Assembly: GCF_009914755.1 (NCBI RefSeq)
Contig: NC_060926.1
From: the human T2T-CHM13v2.0 reference genome, Homo sapiens
Strand: one strand, 5' to 3'
DNA: 64,000 bases
This document shows positions 17,180-32,034 of this stretch, piece by piece (positions within the stretch are counted from its first letter, which is position 1; each line of letters begins with the position of its first letter). The position numbers and the translations under genes were made by a program. Below the pieces are notes generated by a model. That model searched no databases. It was not told the DNA's origin and saw only the letters and a list, made by a program, of their open reading frames with translations.

Positions 17180-17615
17180 TAACTTAAAAAACAAAAAACA
17201 AAAAACTGCCACTTGTTGAATTTTGATGTAATACCAAAGAAGAATACTCACTCTTTCCTTTTCCAACCATATATCTACATGAAGCTGGATTCTCTTCACA
17301 TATCTCAACCAAAACATCATAACAGACTGAAGGCAGACAAAAAATCCAGCTGTCTTCTCCAAGTAAGCCAGAAATCAAGGTGATTTGCAAAAATATAAAA
17401 CAATGCCACTGGTCTAGTTTCTTTGGTTTTAGGACATATTTATTCTTCATAAAAAATTCTATTTACAACACAGTTTAAATTAATAAATATATTTGAAATT
17501 GTCATTTAATTTCTAAAAGAGCAAATATTAGTAGATATAATCTACATAAACCTAAATCTCTTGGGGTCCTCAATAATTGTTAAGAGAGTAAAGAGGCCCT
17601 GAGGCCAAAAGGCTA
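17180..17615 (+). mobile_element. Charlie1-like hAT DNA transposon 3' fragment
   Basis: GAAGCTGGATTCTCTTCA..AATCCAGCTGTCTTCT..GATTTGCAAAAATATAAAACAATGCCACT..TTGGGGTCCTCAATAATT. Confidence 0.7.
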
Positions 17616-17944
17616 AAGCATAGTCTATTTCTCATAAGATTTTCAAACCTCCGTTCTGGTTTCTCTCTTTTATCTCTCTCCTCTAATATGTAAATGTGCC
17701 ATTGTAAAGGAGACATCTGTCACATATCTATTCATGAGCTAGAATCCTTAAACACATAACCCTGTCCTCCTCCAGCTAGTGATTTCAAAAAATTAAAGGC
17801 CTACAGGGCCATCTGGTACACCTTCGTTTTTAACATCTCATTACTAAATCATCTGAAGTCAATTACTTTAATTCTTCTAAGGAATGCAGTCTTTAAATAT
17901 GGAAACAGAGGAAGTTTACAGTTTAATCGAACTATCATGCCATC

Positions 17945-18209
17945 TTTTTTTTGAGAAAGTATCTCACTCTGTCACCCAGGCTGGAATGCAATGACGCTAT
18001 CTAGGCTTACCGCAGCCTCCACCTCCCAGGCTCAAGCAATCCTCCCAACTCAGCCTCCTGAACCATGCCCAGCTAATTTTTCTATTTTTTGTAGAGACAG
18101 GGTTTCACCATGTTGTCCAGGCTGGTCTTGAACTCCTGAGCTCAAGCAATCCACCTGCCTAGGCCTCCCAAAGTGCTGGGATTACAGGCTTGAGCCACCA
18201 CTCCTGGCC
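17945..18209 (-). mobile_element. AluJ with internal deletion
   Basis: Reverse Alu consensus. Confidence 0.9.
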
Positions 18210-21200
18210 CATACAATCTTTTTGACCAAGCTTTCACTATTTACAAAAAAGTAAAGCAAATTATTTATAATTGGCAGGTTGGAGCAGGAAAGAAAATGCA
18301 AGTGTTCTATATAATCAATCATTTGATTCTCAGCAATAACCCATTCAAAAGTACCCATGTACTGATATGCAAAAAAACCCAACTACTTATCTAGCCAATA
18401 TGACACTAGGTTCCTAGACTTCAACAAAGCAAAACTGGCCTTTACTTGAAAACCTTTTTAACTCGTCACTCCCTTAATCACAGGATTATAGAAGACAAAA
18501 TGGGATGGAGATTATAGGTTTAAAAGATTCAACAGAAAATCTAGAGCTACATCGCTGAACTCCTCTAACAGAACCACAAGACTGACAAGCGAAAAGCTTT
18601 GGGACCCGAGGGAAAGAAATCTATACTATATTTATCACATAATTTCCTAAATTCTAATAGATTCCCAAATCTTATAGAGCTGTATTTTATTTGTGATAAA
18701 ACTATGTGAATATGATAATGGTAATAAGGTAAAAAGAAACAAAACTACAACATACAGCATCAAAAATAATCAGATCATAATCTTAGGTTTGTGGTTTCAA
18801 ATGTCAAAACTTCAAAATAAGTAACTTTTACAGATGCTTATGGCATATTTTTAAAAATAACCCATTTTCAAAGTTAAGTCTGCCTAAAAGGAGTTCATCA
18901 CATAGAATATTTATGTAAGTTCACATACATGTGTATCTCTTTTAAGTTTCAATTATTCTATTACTATATGTTAAACTGACTCAATTTTTCAAGAAACAAA
19001 GTTAGTTTTCACCGTGATACATACAATACATTCAAGTTCCATTTATATTAACGGTTCTTACTAGCAGTAACTAGCAGTTAAAAAGCTTTCTAAAACTTCA
19101 TCAATTTATATAATGTACTAACATGTATACCTGGAAAAGGTGCTAAACACTTAAAATAAAAACTGAGATTTCGCTCAATAGAAATCATCTCCATTTTGAC
19201 ACTCAGGGCTTCATATTCCTGTTAGCGTTAGTGAAATCTGAGAACACATCGCCAAGCTTCAAAATGAATATAACCCTAGAGAGGATTAATAGTTTCAACT
19301 TGCATGCTGGTTGGTCAAAAAGAAATATCCCCCTGTAGCTATACAGGTACTCGGTGTGAAGTGTAACTTTCACAAAAGCCTGTCCTATGATTTCATGAAT
19401 TAACAGAAACTCACTACTTTAGGTTACATAAAAACCCACTGTAATCTAAACTGCCGGAAAAAATTATGGTTATTTGGAAGTTCAAGCTAAATGATTCCAA
19501 CCCCTCCAAATTTTCAAACATCAGGAAAAGTGCAGAATGTTTTTAAGTTGAAGTAACCTCAGAAACTCACAATCTAGATGTTTTGTCTCCCAAATTCCCA
19601 ATACTGATAACAGATATCAAGAGATAATTCAACACTATGTCCTCAGTATCCAGTTCACGGCCTGGCTCACAGTAATGGCTCAATAAATATTCGAGAAACG
19701 AATGAATGAATGAATGAATGAATGATGATATAGCCTTAAACAAGAAACAATAAAATGGTCTTTTTAAACTCATAACACTAACATTAAACATCTTAATGAA
19801 ACTACAAACAAAAGTAAAAGCATGCTAAAAGCAAGCATCAACTTCTCTATGAAATACATTTTAAACCGTTCATTTAAAAATTTTCAAGTGCAAAAGAATC
19901 ACCAGATATACTAAATTTCTAGTCATTTAATAAATAAACTTCTATATTCTAACAATGAAAGCTCAGCGTTGGGATAAGATGAAAGGGGGAAACGTCTGTC
20001 AATGTATTCCGCATGTTTAATGGATCCCATAAATCAAAGCTTTCCGTGAATTTTCTAGAGCATATTCATGCCAATCTTTAAGCCTATTGTCACTTTCACA
20101 CATGCTCACAGGAACAAAATGACAAAGAATGCTATGCCTGAACCACTGGATTCAGGGCACAAAACACTTGATTAACACTTGTCAAGGCTCTGACTAGCAA
20201 ATATCGACAGATATTTTCAAAATAAAGTACTCGCACCGATTCCTACATAAATCGAAGCTCTTGATTTCTTTAAAACATTCACTAGACGGTTGAACTTCCA
20301 GACATTTGAAAATGTGCCTATCTCCTCGTGTGCGACAACTAGGAGTGAACAGCCCGTCTACCAATTGCGGATGAATACCGCTAAGCTTTTTCCAGACTAA
20401 AGAGCGTTAAAAGACATTCCATGCACATTTATTCATTCCCCATAAATGTGTTTTCTCCCAAATTTCATTTTATGTTGTATACTTAGATACAGCAAGTTGA
20501 AATTTTAGTCAAAAGCACGCCGGTGCCTTACAAGCTGTGTAACTGCTACATCTGGTGGCAGCCCACTTGCTTGCAAGAAGCCAGAAAACTTAGAAAACAA
20601 TTGTAACCGATTTGGTGCGTGTTTGCAATAACCTTTACGCAGATATTTCCCACAAAACCCACGACCCTGTCACAGAAGAACAGTAGCCTACTTGCAGCAG
20701 AGAATATAACGCACAAACACGCAGGAAGCAACGGCGAAGGAGAGAAAGTTGCAACCATCTGGAGGGGCGGTTTTAAAAGCCTGCCCACGAGTCAGTCTGT
20801 CGTTTAAATTGCTCTAGGGGGCCACACAGGGGATCAAAGTCTGCCCAGATAATTTCAGCGTCTCTCCCCAAAGGAGAAACCCAGCAAGCGAGGGGCATCC
20901 TCCAGGTCCCGGGCAGCAAAGCTCGCAAAGTGGGGACCGCCTCTATGGGAGGAGTGCGCGGGAGAAGGGGAGGGGGCTCGAGGACGAAGGCTCCAGCGGG
21001 AGGGAAAACCCACCAGAGACCGGAGGCCAGGAGGTTAAGAGTACTGAGTGTACTGGCAAATGGAGCAGAAAGGGGCTCGCGTCTGGGGGGAGGCTTCCCA
21101 CCCTCGCAGGACTGGCTCCCAGGAACCCCAGGCGAGTCTATGCGCCTCGCCCCGTCCCCACCAGCGCGCACCCCCTCGTCCGTCTCCTCCGCCACCCGCG

Positions 21201-21307
21201 AACCACCATCCACAGCCAGGGCACTACCTCCCCAGAGCCGGGGAGCCGGGCGGCCTCGCGTCCACCTCGCCACCATCCCCCACCCCAGGGTCTGGCGGAG
21301 AAGCCCC

Positions 21308-21348
21308 GGGGCGGGGGGGGCGGGGGGGGCGGGGGGGGGGCGCGGGGG
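21308..21348 (+). repeat. G4-C-G8-C-G8-C-G10-CGC-G5 tract (G-quadruplex motif)
   Basis: Directly visible. Confidence 0.9.
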
Positions 21349-21402
21349 TCCGCGGCGCGGGAGAGGAGGCCCGCGAGCGGGCGCGGGCGCGGCGGTGCTT
21401 AC

Positions 21403-21541
21403 CTTCCCTGGGCCTCCCGGATGGCGGCGTGTGATTCAGCAGGGACCTGGCCGCCGCCGCCGAGCCCGGGGTTGGAGACGTGGAGAGCTGGGACCAAGAT
21501 GGCGGCCCCTCCAAACTTCCACTGCTACTTTGGACACTCAT
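21403..21541 (-). CDS. TLK1: TLK1 first coding exon (139 nt, 46 codons + 1 nt, phase 1)
   Basis: Minus-strand ATG at 21541 gives MSVQSSSGSLEGPPSWSQLSTSPTPGSAAAARSLLNHTPPSGRPRE-G, which I recognise as the human TLK1 N-terminus. Donor AAG|GTAAGC at 21403/21402. Lies inside a CpG island. Confidence 0.97.
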
Positions 21542-21618
21542 CAAGCTACTTTCTGGGAACCCGACTCCCCCCCTGCGACGGCAGCGGCGGCAACGGCACC
21601 GGCACCCGCCTCCGTCAT
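21541..21618 (-). promoter_or_regulatory. uORF (25 aa, MTEAGAGAVAAAAVAGGESGSQKVA) in TLK1 5'UTR
   Basis: gccATG at 21618. The TGA at 21543-21541 shares its A with the TLK1 ATG. Confidence 0.75.
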
Positions 21619-22080
21619 GGCGGGGGCCGCGCTGAGGGCGAGCGAGAGAGCGAGGGCTGGGAGGGGAGAGTCAAGGGGATGGGGGAGGAAACCGAGAAGA
21701 GGGGAGGTGGGGAGGAAAGAGGTGAGGGAAGGAGAGGGGACAGGGAGGAGGGAAAGGGGGAGAAGCGAGGGAGCGAGCGGGCGCGCCAGAGGAGAGGAGG
21801 AGGAAAGGAGCGCGGCGGCGGAGGCGTCGAGGGGGTGCCAGCCGGGCCGGGGTCGGAGCGCGGGCGGAGCGCGGGCTGCGCCGGCCGAGGACACTTCCGC
21901 GGGCGGAACCTGCCGGCACCTCTGCAGTGCGTCGGCCCCCGGCGTCGCCCGGGAGGCGGCGGCGGCGGGCTGTGGGTGGCGGCTGAGGCGGTGGGGTAAC
22001 CTCTGCATCAGTTACAGGCGGCGGCGGCGTCACGCGCCGCCTGTGCAAACACTATCGCGAGGCTCCTGCGCCTCCGGTAG

Positions 22081-22110
22081 CGGCGGCGGCGGCGGCGGCG
22101 GCAGCGGCGG
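22081..22110 (+). repeat. (CGG)7 CAG (CGG)2 trinucleotide repeat
   Basis: Directly visible. Confidence 0.95.
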
Positions 22111-23304
22111 CCGCGGGAGCAGGCTTGGGGGAGGGACCTGCCAGGGGCTGGGGGGTGGGGGCATGGGGAAGGAGCGAGCGCGCGAGGGAAGAGACTAGAG
22201 CGCCGGGGCGCCCCTGCCGCACCCGCGGATCGCCGCGCGGCGCGGGAGCCCGGGGTTGCCGGACTCGCGTGCGCGGGGGCAGCGTCCCCGCGCCGGCCGG
22301 AGGGAGGCGCGCCCCCGCCGCGCCGCTCGGGCTCCAGCGCCGCTGCCACCTGACTCCCCCTGTCTCCCGCGGAAGCGCGCCTCTCTCCTGACCCACACCC
22401 AACACGGGGAGAAATGCTGCTGCTCTCGCTCAGCTGCCGCTTCTCGGGAGTTCAATGTGATCGTTTCTCAAAATGGAACTGAAAAGTTGAGAGTTCCTTC
22501 TTTCTTGCTCCTCTGTACTGTGCAGAAAAACGTATGTGCGCCTCCCCGTCTGCAGAATGGGAATAATGACCGAATAAAAGAGCTATGAAAATAAACATGG
22601 GTAGTGGGAGAGTTGGGAAATAAAACTTTCTCGTGTTTTCTAAAAAAGAGTGAAGAATCTTTAATGAGGAAATTGAAAATTACCAGTTTTGTAGACTGTA
22701 TGGTATAGCAATTCTTTGTTTTAAAACAGTAAGTGGAAAATCTAAATGAAAAATGTGATTACTGAATCACATATTTAGGAAAACTATACAGCGTTCATCT
22801 TGCAGAAGGTATGGTTTCTAGAAACTTATAATTTGTTTCTAGTGTCTCCGCTGAGTCCCGACTACAAAAATCCCAAAATAAATAACAGCATTTGCTAAAA
22901 TTTATAGATAGAGTGTAGCTTTCTACAGACCCACACAAGTATACTCACACCAGGGATTGGGCTTCTTGTACATAAGAGCACTCTAGTTCAGGAAAAGTAC
23001 AACAAGGTTATTTCTCTCTTTAGAAAACCAAATTGAATAGAGCACTAAAAAGATTATGATATAGCGCTACTGCACAGACAAGAGGAAATGGCATGATTAC
23101 CAGGGGGACAAAAATGTCGTTTCTATTTTTTATTTTTATGACTTCGCATTTCTCATAGTAATGTTTTGTTCAGATAAACTATCATACTAGAAAAGAACCT
23201 TGATTGTCAGTTATCTCCAGAAGTAATTGTAGTTGCCTTGTGCTTTAGATACTTCAGTGAGTTTTTAGTCTTGTCTGCTTTTCAAACTTAAGAGGGACAT
23301 CTCA

Positions 23305-24455
<1,151 letters not shown>

Positions 24456-24855
24456 ATCTTGCCATTCGATTTTTATACCTAAATACATGCACTATAAGAG
24501 GAACAGAGTTTCTGTAATGACATGTTGATAAATGTATGCTCTTTCTGTATTTTTAAGAGTAAGCTTAGTCAGCAGATTGCGGTGAAAAGAACATGGGACA
24601 GGAAGGAAGTTAAGAGACCTGAGTATTAGTCTCAGCAGGTAACTTGATTCAATTTCCTCATCTACGAGAAAGAGGTTAGAGTCACTGAGTGATTTTTAAA
24701 GCTCCTACCAATTCTGAGACTGTACAGAGCTCAGTTCCTCTCAAAAATGGTAAACAAAGCCCAACCAAAAAGGTTTGATGATGGTAGGTTATCTTTCTCC
24801 CAACCTTCTCCAGAGCTTCAAGTTTTTAAGTTATCCTTATGCCAATTCATAGTAC

Positions 24856-27300
<2,445 letters not shown>

Positions 27301-27630
27301 CTCCCATCGTACATTTGTCATTGCTGTACTGTTCTCTGTTCTCTATTTCCCCCTCTTGGCTGAAAGCCTAGGGAGAGCAAGGACCCTTCTCTGTAATGGT
27401 TACAGTTGTGTTAATACCCAACATCTAGCACCTGCCTGGCATACAGTTGTGGAGCCAACCAACTACCTACACAGCTGGTTAATAAGCACTGGAGTCCCCT
27501 GAGCTAACCTGCTCATAAACATCTGGGCTGGCCATCTAGCAGGGGAAGAATAGGCCAAATGCCCCACCACCCCTTCACACTCATCCTTCATTGCCCAATG
27601 TTTGTGGTTTGATAAAGTTCACTGACCTTG

Positions 27631-27755
27631 TTAGGGTTTTCAGATTAAACTATGAATATTGTGTAGGCCATATTTATCCTAAAATGTTTTTTATTGATTT
27701 GAAATTCAAATTATCTGAGCATCCTGCATTTTAATTTGCTAAATCTGGCAACCCA
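27631..27755. mobile_element. MER53-like MITE, internally deleted
   Basis: TAGGGTT..CAGAT start and GAAATTCAAAT..CATCCTG..ATCTGGCAACCC end. Confidence 0.7.
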
Positions 27756-27799
27756 AGCCCTTTTGAAGTAAGCAAAAAGATATTTCGTAAGGTAGTATC

Positions 27800-28375
27800 T
27801 GTGAAAGACGAAGATTCTCTGACCTGGCAGTTCCGTTCCAAAGAATGTATCCTAGAGGAATTCTTGCTGCTATGCACCAGGAGATAAGAACAAGAATGTC
27901 CGCGGCACTACTGTTTGTAGTAGTCAAAACCTGGAAATTACCCAAATGTCCGTCAACAAGAGAATGGATAAATTAGAGATATGTATATTTGTACAGTGGG
28001 ATACTACACAACAATTAAAATGCTCACAAATATAATGCTCATTAAAAAGAGCAAGTTACAGAAGAACAAAGTCAGTTTGATTCCTTCTCAAATATTCAAA
28101 ATCATTCAAAACTAAATCATATATTGTTCAGGAATACATTAAACTACAAGGAAAAAAATGGAAATGAGAAGCCAAGATCAGAGTGGTTACCTCCTTCAAG
28201 GAAAAGGGCACATGTGATCATGGGAACTCAGAGGGACTTCAAAAACACTGCTAAAAGCACCACTTGTTAAGCTGGGTGGGAGTACGGAGGTATGTTTGTC
28301 TTATTCTTTCTCTTTAAACTACATGTATATATTAGATCTACTCTTACATGTATGAATTATTACATTACAAATGTT
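27800..28375 (+). mobile_element. Old L1 3' fragment
   Basis: CCCAAATGTCCGTCAACAAGAGAATGGATAAATT motif. Confidence 0.8.
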
Positions 28376-29885
28376 GAAATGAGGAGTATTGGGCCTTCTT
28401 CCTTCTTATCAGAGTGAATTGAAATGTCAACAAGACCTCCTCTGCCTGGACTCACCTCCAAATTTTTGTTTCCTTCTTTGTCCAAAGGTATGAATATAGA
28501 TCAGAGCTCTTAAGATGCCTACCCTGCAATCTCAACACGCCCCCTCAATAGTTTTTTTGATTAGTTGCTTAGACAAATGGCTCCATTACATTAGATTATG
28601 AAGAATTCTCATTTCATTAAGTTGGTTCTATCTTCATTGCACAATTCACAAAACCACTGCTTGAAAGTTTTGGTTTCCAAATCCTGAAGAGATAGTTCCA
28701 AGCTTTTGTATATAATAGGCTAGATTACACTTCCTCTGCTCCCTCCAGTGATGGAAATGTTTTCTCTCAGATTTGTCAATCCATTTGAAAAAAAGAAAAC
28801 CCTTGGTCCATACACAACAAAAACTGGAATTACTAGATTCTCAAACAAAAACTGGAATTACTAGATTTATTTCACCTGAGGTTAAATAATTGTAACCAAC
28901 TTCAGAACAATAATATCCCCTCCCCCAAAGTGCACTAGAAGCTATCCTCCAAGGACATGGTATTATGAAATGTTTACAAAAACAAAGTACAACAAGCAAA
29001 CAGTGCTCATATTACAAATTTTGAATCAATAGTGTACCTCTTAACAAAGCAGGCAACTTTGAAAAGTAATTTAAAAATATATAAATTATAATTTATAATT
29101 ATAATCTAGTGTTACACTTTACTTATCCTAAATTTTACTGATTAAACCAAAATATAAATTTATCACATTAAGAGGGAAAAACAAAAATGCCCAAAATCTT
29201 ACCCTGGACATTGTTTCTGCAGCATAAATTTTTTTGTAGGCAAAAGAAATGGAAGTTTCTTTTCGTAAAAAATATCAAATATCTTTGATCTTCGACAATA
29301 TCTTTCCCACTCCATAGTTTAAAGATTTTCAGAATTACTTAATGCATTCCCAGAAAATAAAAACTAAATGCCAAATCTTTCTTAATTCGATACATGGCAA
29401 AGGAGACATATATAACCTCATATGAATTTAGAAACTTTGAAACAATATGGGAATGTAAAATATTGATGAGAATTTCTTCCTCCTCTTCCAAAAAAAATAA
29501 AAAAATAAAAAAATAAACAGTCAAAATGCCACCATGAAGTAAGAGCGGGGATTCTGAGCTGCAAGTGATTTTTTTGTTTCATGATCCAGGTGCTGATTAG
29601 AAGTGTGTATTCAGGGCGCTGTGGCTCATGCCTGTAATCCCAGGACTTTGGGGGCAAATTAGGAACATTCTCCCATGGATTTGTCATAATTCAATGAACC
29701 ATGAATCACTGAATCATAAAAAGAATTCATAGTTTGGAAGATAGGGGTTGGAAAGAACTGGTGTCTAAAACAGACTTTAGCTACAGATACAAGATAATAT
29801 AAACACCAATAATGGGAGATAAGATGATGCTAAGTCTAAAATGTTAATAGAACTATCACAACAATATAGTTACATTGAGATTTTA

Positions 29886-30267
<382 letters not shown>

Positions 30268-31517
30268 TTAAATTAGAAAAAATGTGTCTGTGCTTTTTCT
30301 CTTTGTACACAAAGATAATTCTATTCAACATTATTTATAGTAACAATAAAATTGAAAATAACGTAAATGTACAATATTAAGCATATGGTAATAAATTATG
30401 GCTCATCTATCTTATAAAATATGATAAGGCCATTAAAATGTTTGTGAAGATTTTATAATAACCAAAAGCAATAGTTTGCTTATAAGAGCATCTCAGTGAA
30501 TAAAGCAGCATAAAATATATATATACAATATAGTCTCAATCATATAAAATGTGTATAACAAAAAGAATGAAAGGAAATATATCAAAATATTTTTATTACC
30601 AGTTCTCACTATCTTTCCCAGGCTGGCCTTGAATTCCTGGGTCAAGGATTTTTCCACATAATTGGAATTACAGGCATGCACCACCAGGCCCAGTTGAAAA
30701 TATACCAAAGTATTAAGAGTGGTTGTCTTTCTGTGGTAAAATAATGGCAGATTTTTGTTGTTAGCCTTTGTACTTTTCAATATTTTCCAAACGTTTTATA
30801 GGAATAGCAAGTACTTTATGGGGAAAAAAAACGCTGTATTTTTTCAAATGACTGAGTTTATTACCCCAGATTAAATTAATGAAGACCAAGAAAAAGAAGG
30901 ATTAACAGGGGCTAGAAGAAAAACAAAACGTTTGGTGCCTTCTTTTCCGCAGATAGTTAAAAGCTATTGTTTGGCTTTTTATTGATTCAATTAAGCAAAG
31001 GTAGATTTTTAAAGTATTTGTGGAAAGCTTTCAGGAACCCACTAGCAGAATCAGAGGAATGGCCATCTTTGAAAATCACAGTAGAAAATAAGAGCAAACA
31101 AAACTAAGTCTGCAGAGCAAATGACAAAACTGAAAAGAAACAGCATGCACACATGAAAAGAAAGGCATAAAAACATGGCAGCAGTGAGACTAACCATGAT
31201 AAGTTTAGTTATTAAATGTAGATTCCCTATTAATAGAAAAAGCCTCCCAGATTGTGTTAAAAATTAAAATCCAATACTTTACTGCTTATAAAAAAATACT
31301 TCTAAATAAAATAAGACAAAAAGACTACAAAGAAAAGGATAGGTAAATATGTAGTAAGCAAGCTTGTAATAAATTAGAAAAAGCATTATTACATTAAAAT
31401 AGAATTCAAAGCTTAAAGGTTATTTTGATTTAATATAAACATGAGATACACAAAAAGATAAATGTCAATAGATACAACAATTCACAAAATTGAAAATAAA
31501 TTAGCTAACTATGGGAG

Positions 31518-31910
31518 TGTTGCAGAACCACTACCTCACTGTATCAGTTTTCCTCTTCTTCCTGGGCACATGGGTAAAGTATACCTTCAAGTCTCCTTTC
31601 AGTGAGATAGGGCCACGTTATTGGGTATAGACAGTGGAATGTAAGCAGACATCTGGTGTGTCTCTTCCAGACAAAAGACTTAAGAGTCATTGCGCCACCA
31701 TCACACTCTGTCTTCTCCTCTGGTAGGTACTATAGAGACCAGATAATGATGCGAAGTCACAAGGTGAAAGTGCCCTGGATCTTCCAATCACTGCAGGGAG
31801 CGTAGCTGCCCCATAAGTTGGCACCAGACTTTGCATGTAGAGAAATAAACCTACGTTGTTTGGTGCTTTATTTGCTATTACAGCATAGCCTATCCTGTCT
31901 TGATTAACAC
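31518..31910 (+). mobile_element. MLT1-type MaLR LTR
   Basis: TG start, CTTCTTCCTGGGCACA, AATAAAC..TATTACAGCATAGCCTA end. Confidence 0.65.
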
Positions 31911-32034
31911 AATGGACAAATGTCAAACCACCCAAATAGTCAAGAAATTTAAATTAAACAATGAAGTACTACTTTTCATCAATTAAACTAAAAAGAAAAA
32001 CTTAGAATATTAATACTCAGTGAAGTGGGGTAAA

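Larger units (their letters stand above)
20850..22460. promoter_or_regulatory. TLK1: CpG island / TLK1 promoter and 5'UTR
   Basis: Abrupt GC- and CpG-rich block in CpG-depleted flanks. Contains ETS CACTTCCG (~21892), GC boxes, YY1 AAGATGGCGGC (21496-21506) and TATCGCGAGG (22053-22062). Confidence 0.95.

Noticed and set aside
20545-20770. CTCF-like motifs (CCACCAGATGTAGC, CCTCCAGATGGTTG on minus)
   Set aside because: Both have mismatches in the core and cannot be supported without ChIP data.
21224-21544. ORF track's 106-aa MMSVQ... protein
   Set aside because: It starts at a TTG one codon before the true ATG and reads through the donor at 21402 into the intron.
20773-22588. Long ORFs on both strands (422 aa, 192 aa, 167 aa and others)
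   Set aside because: Low-complexity G/R/A/P peptides expected from stop-poor CpG-island DNA. Only the 139-nt TLK1 exon has a recognisable product and splice donor.
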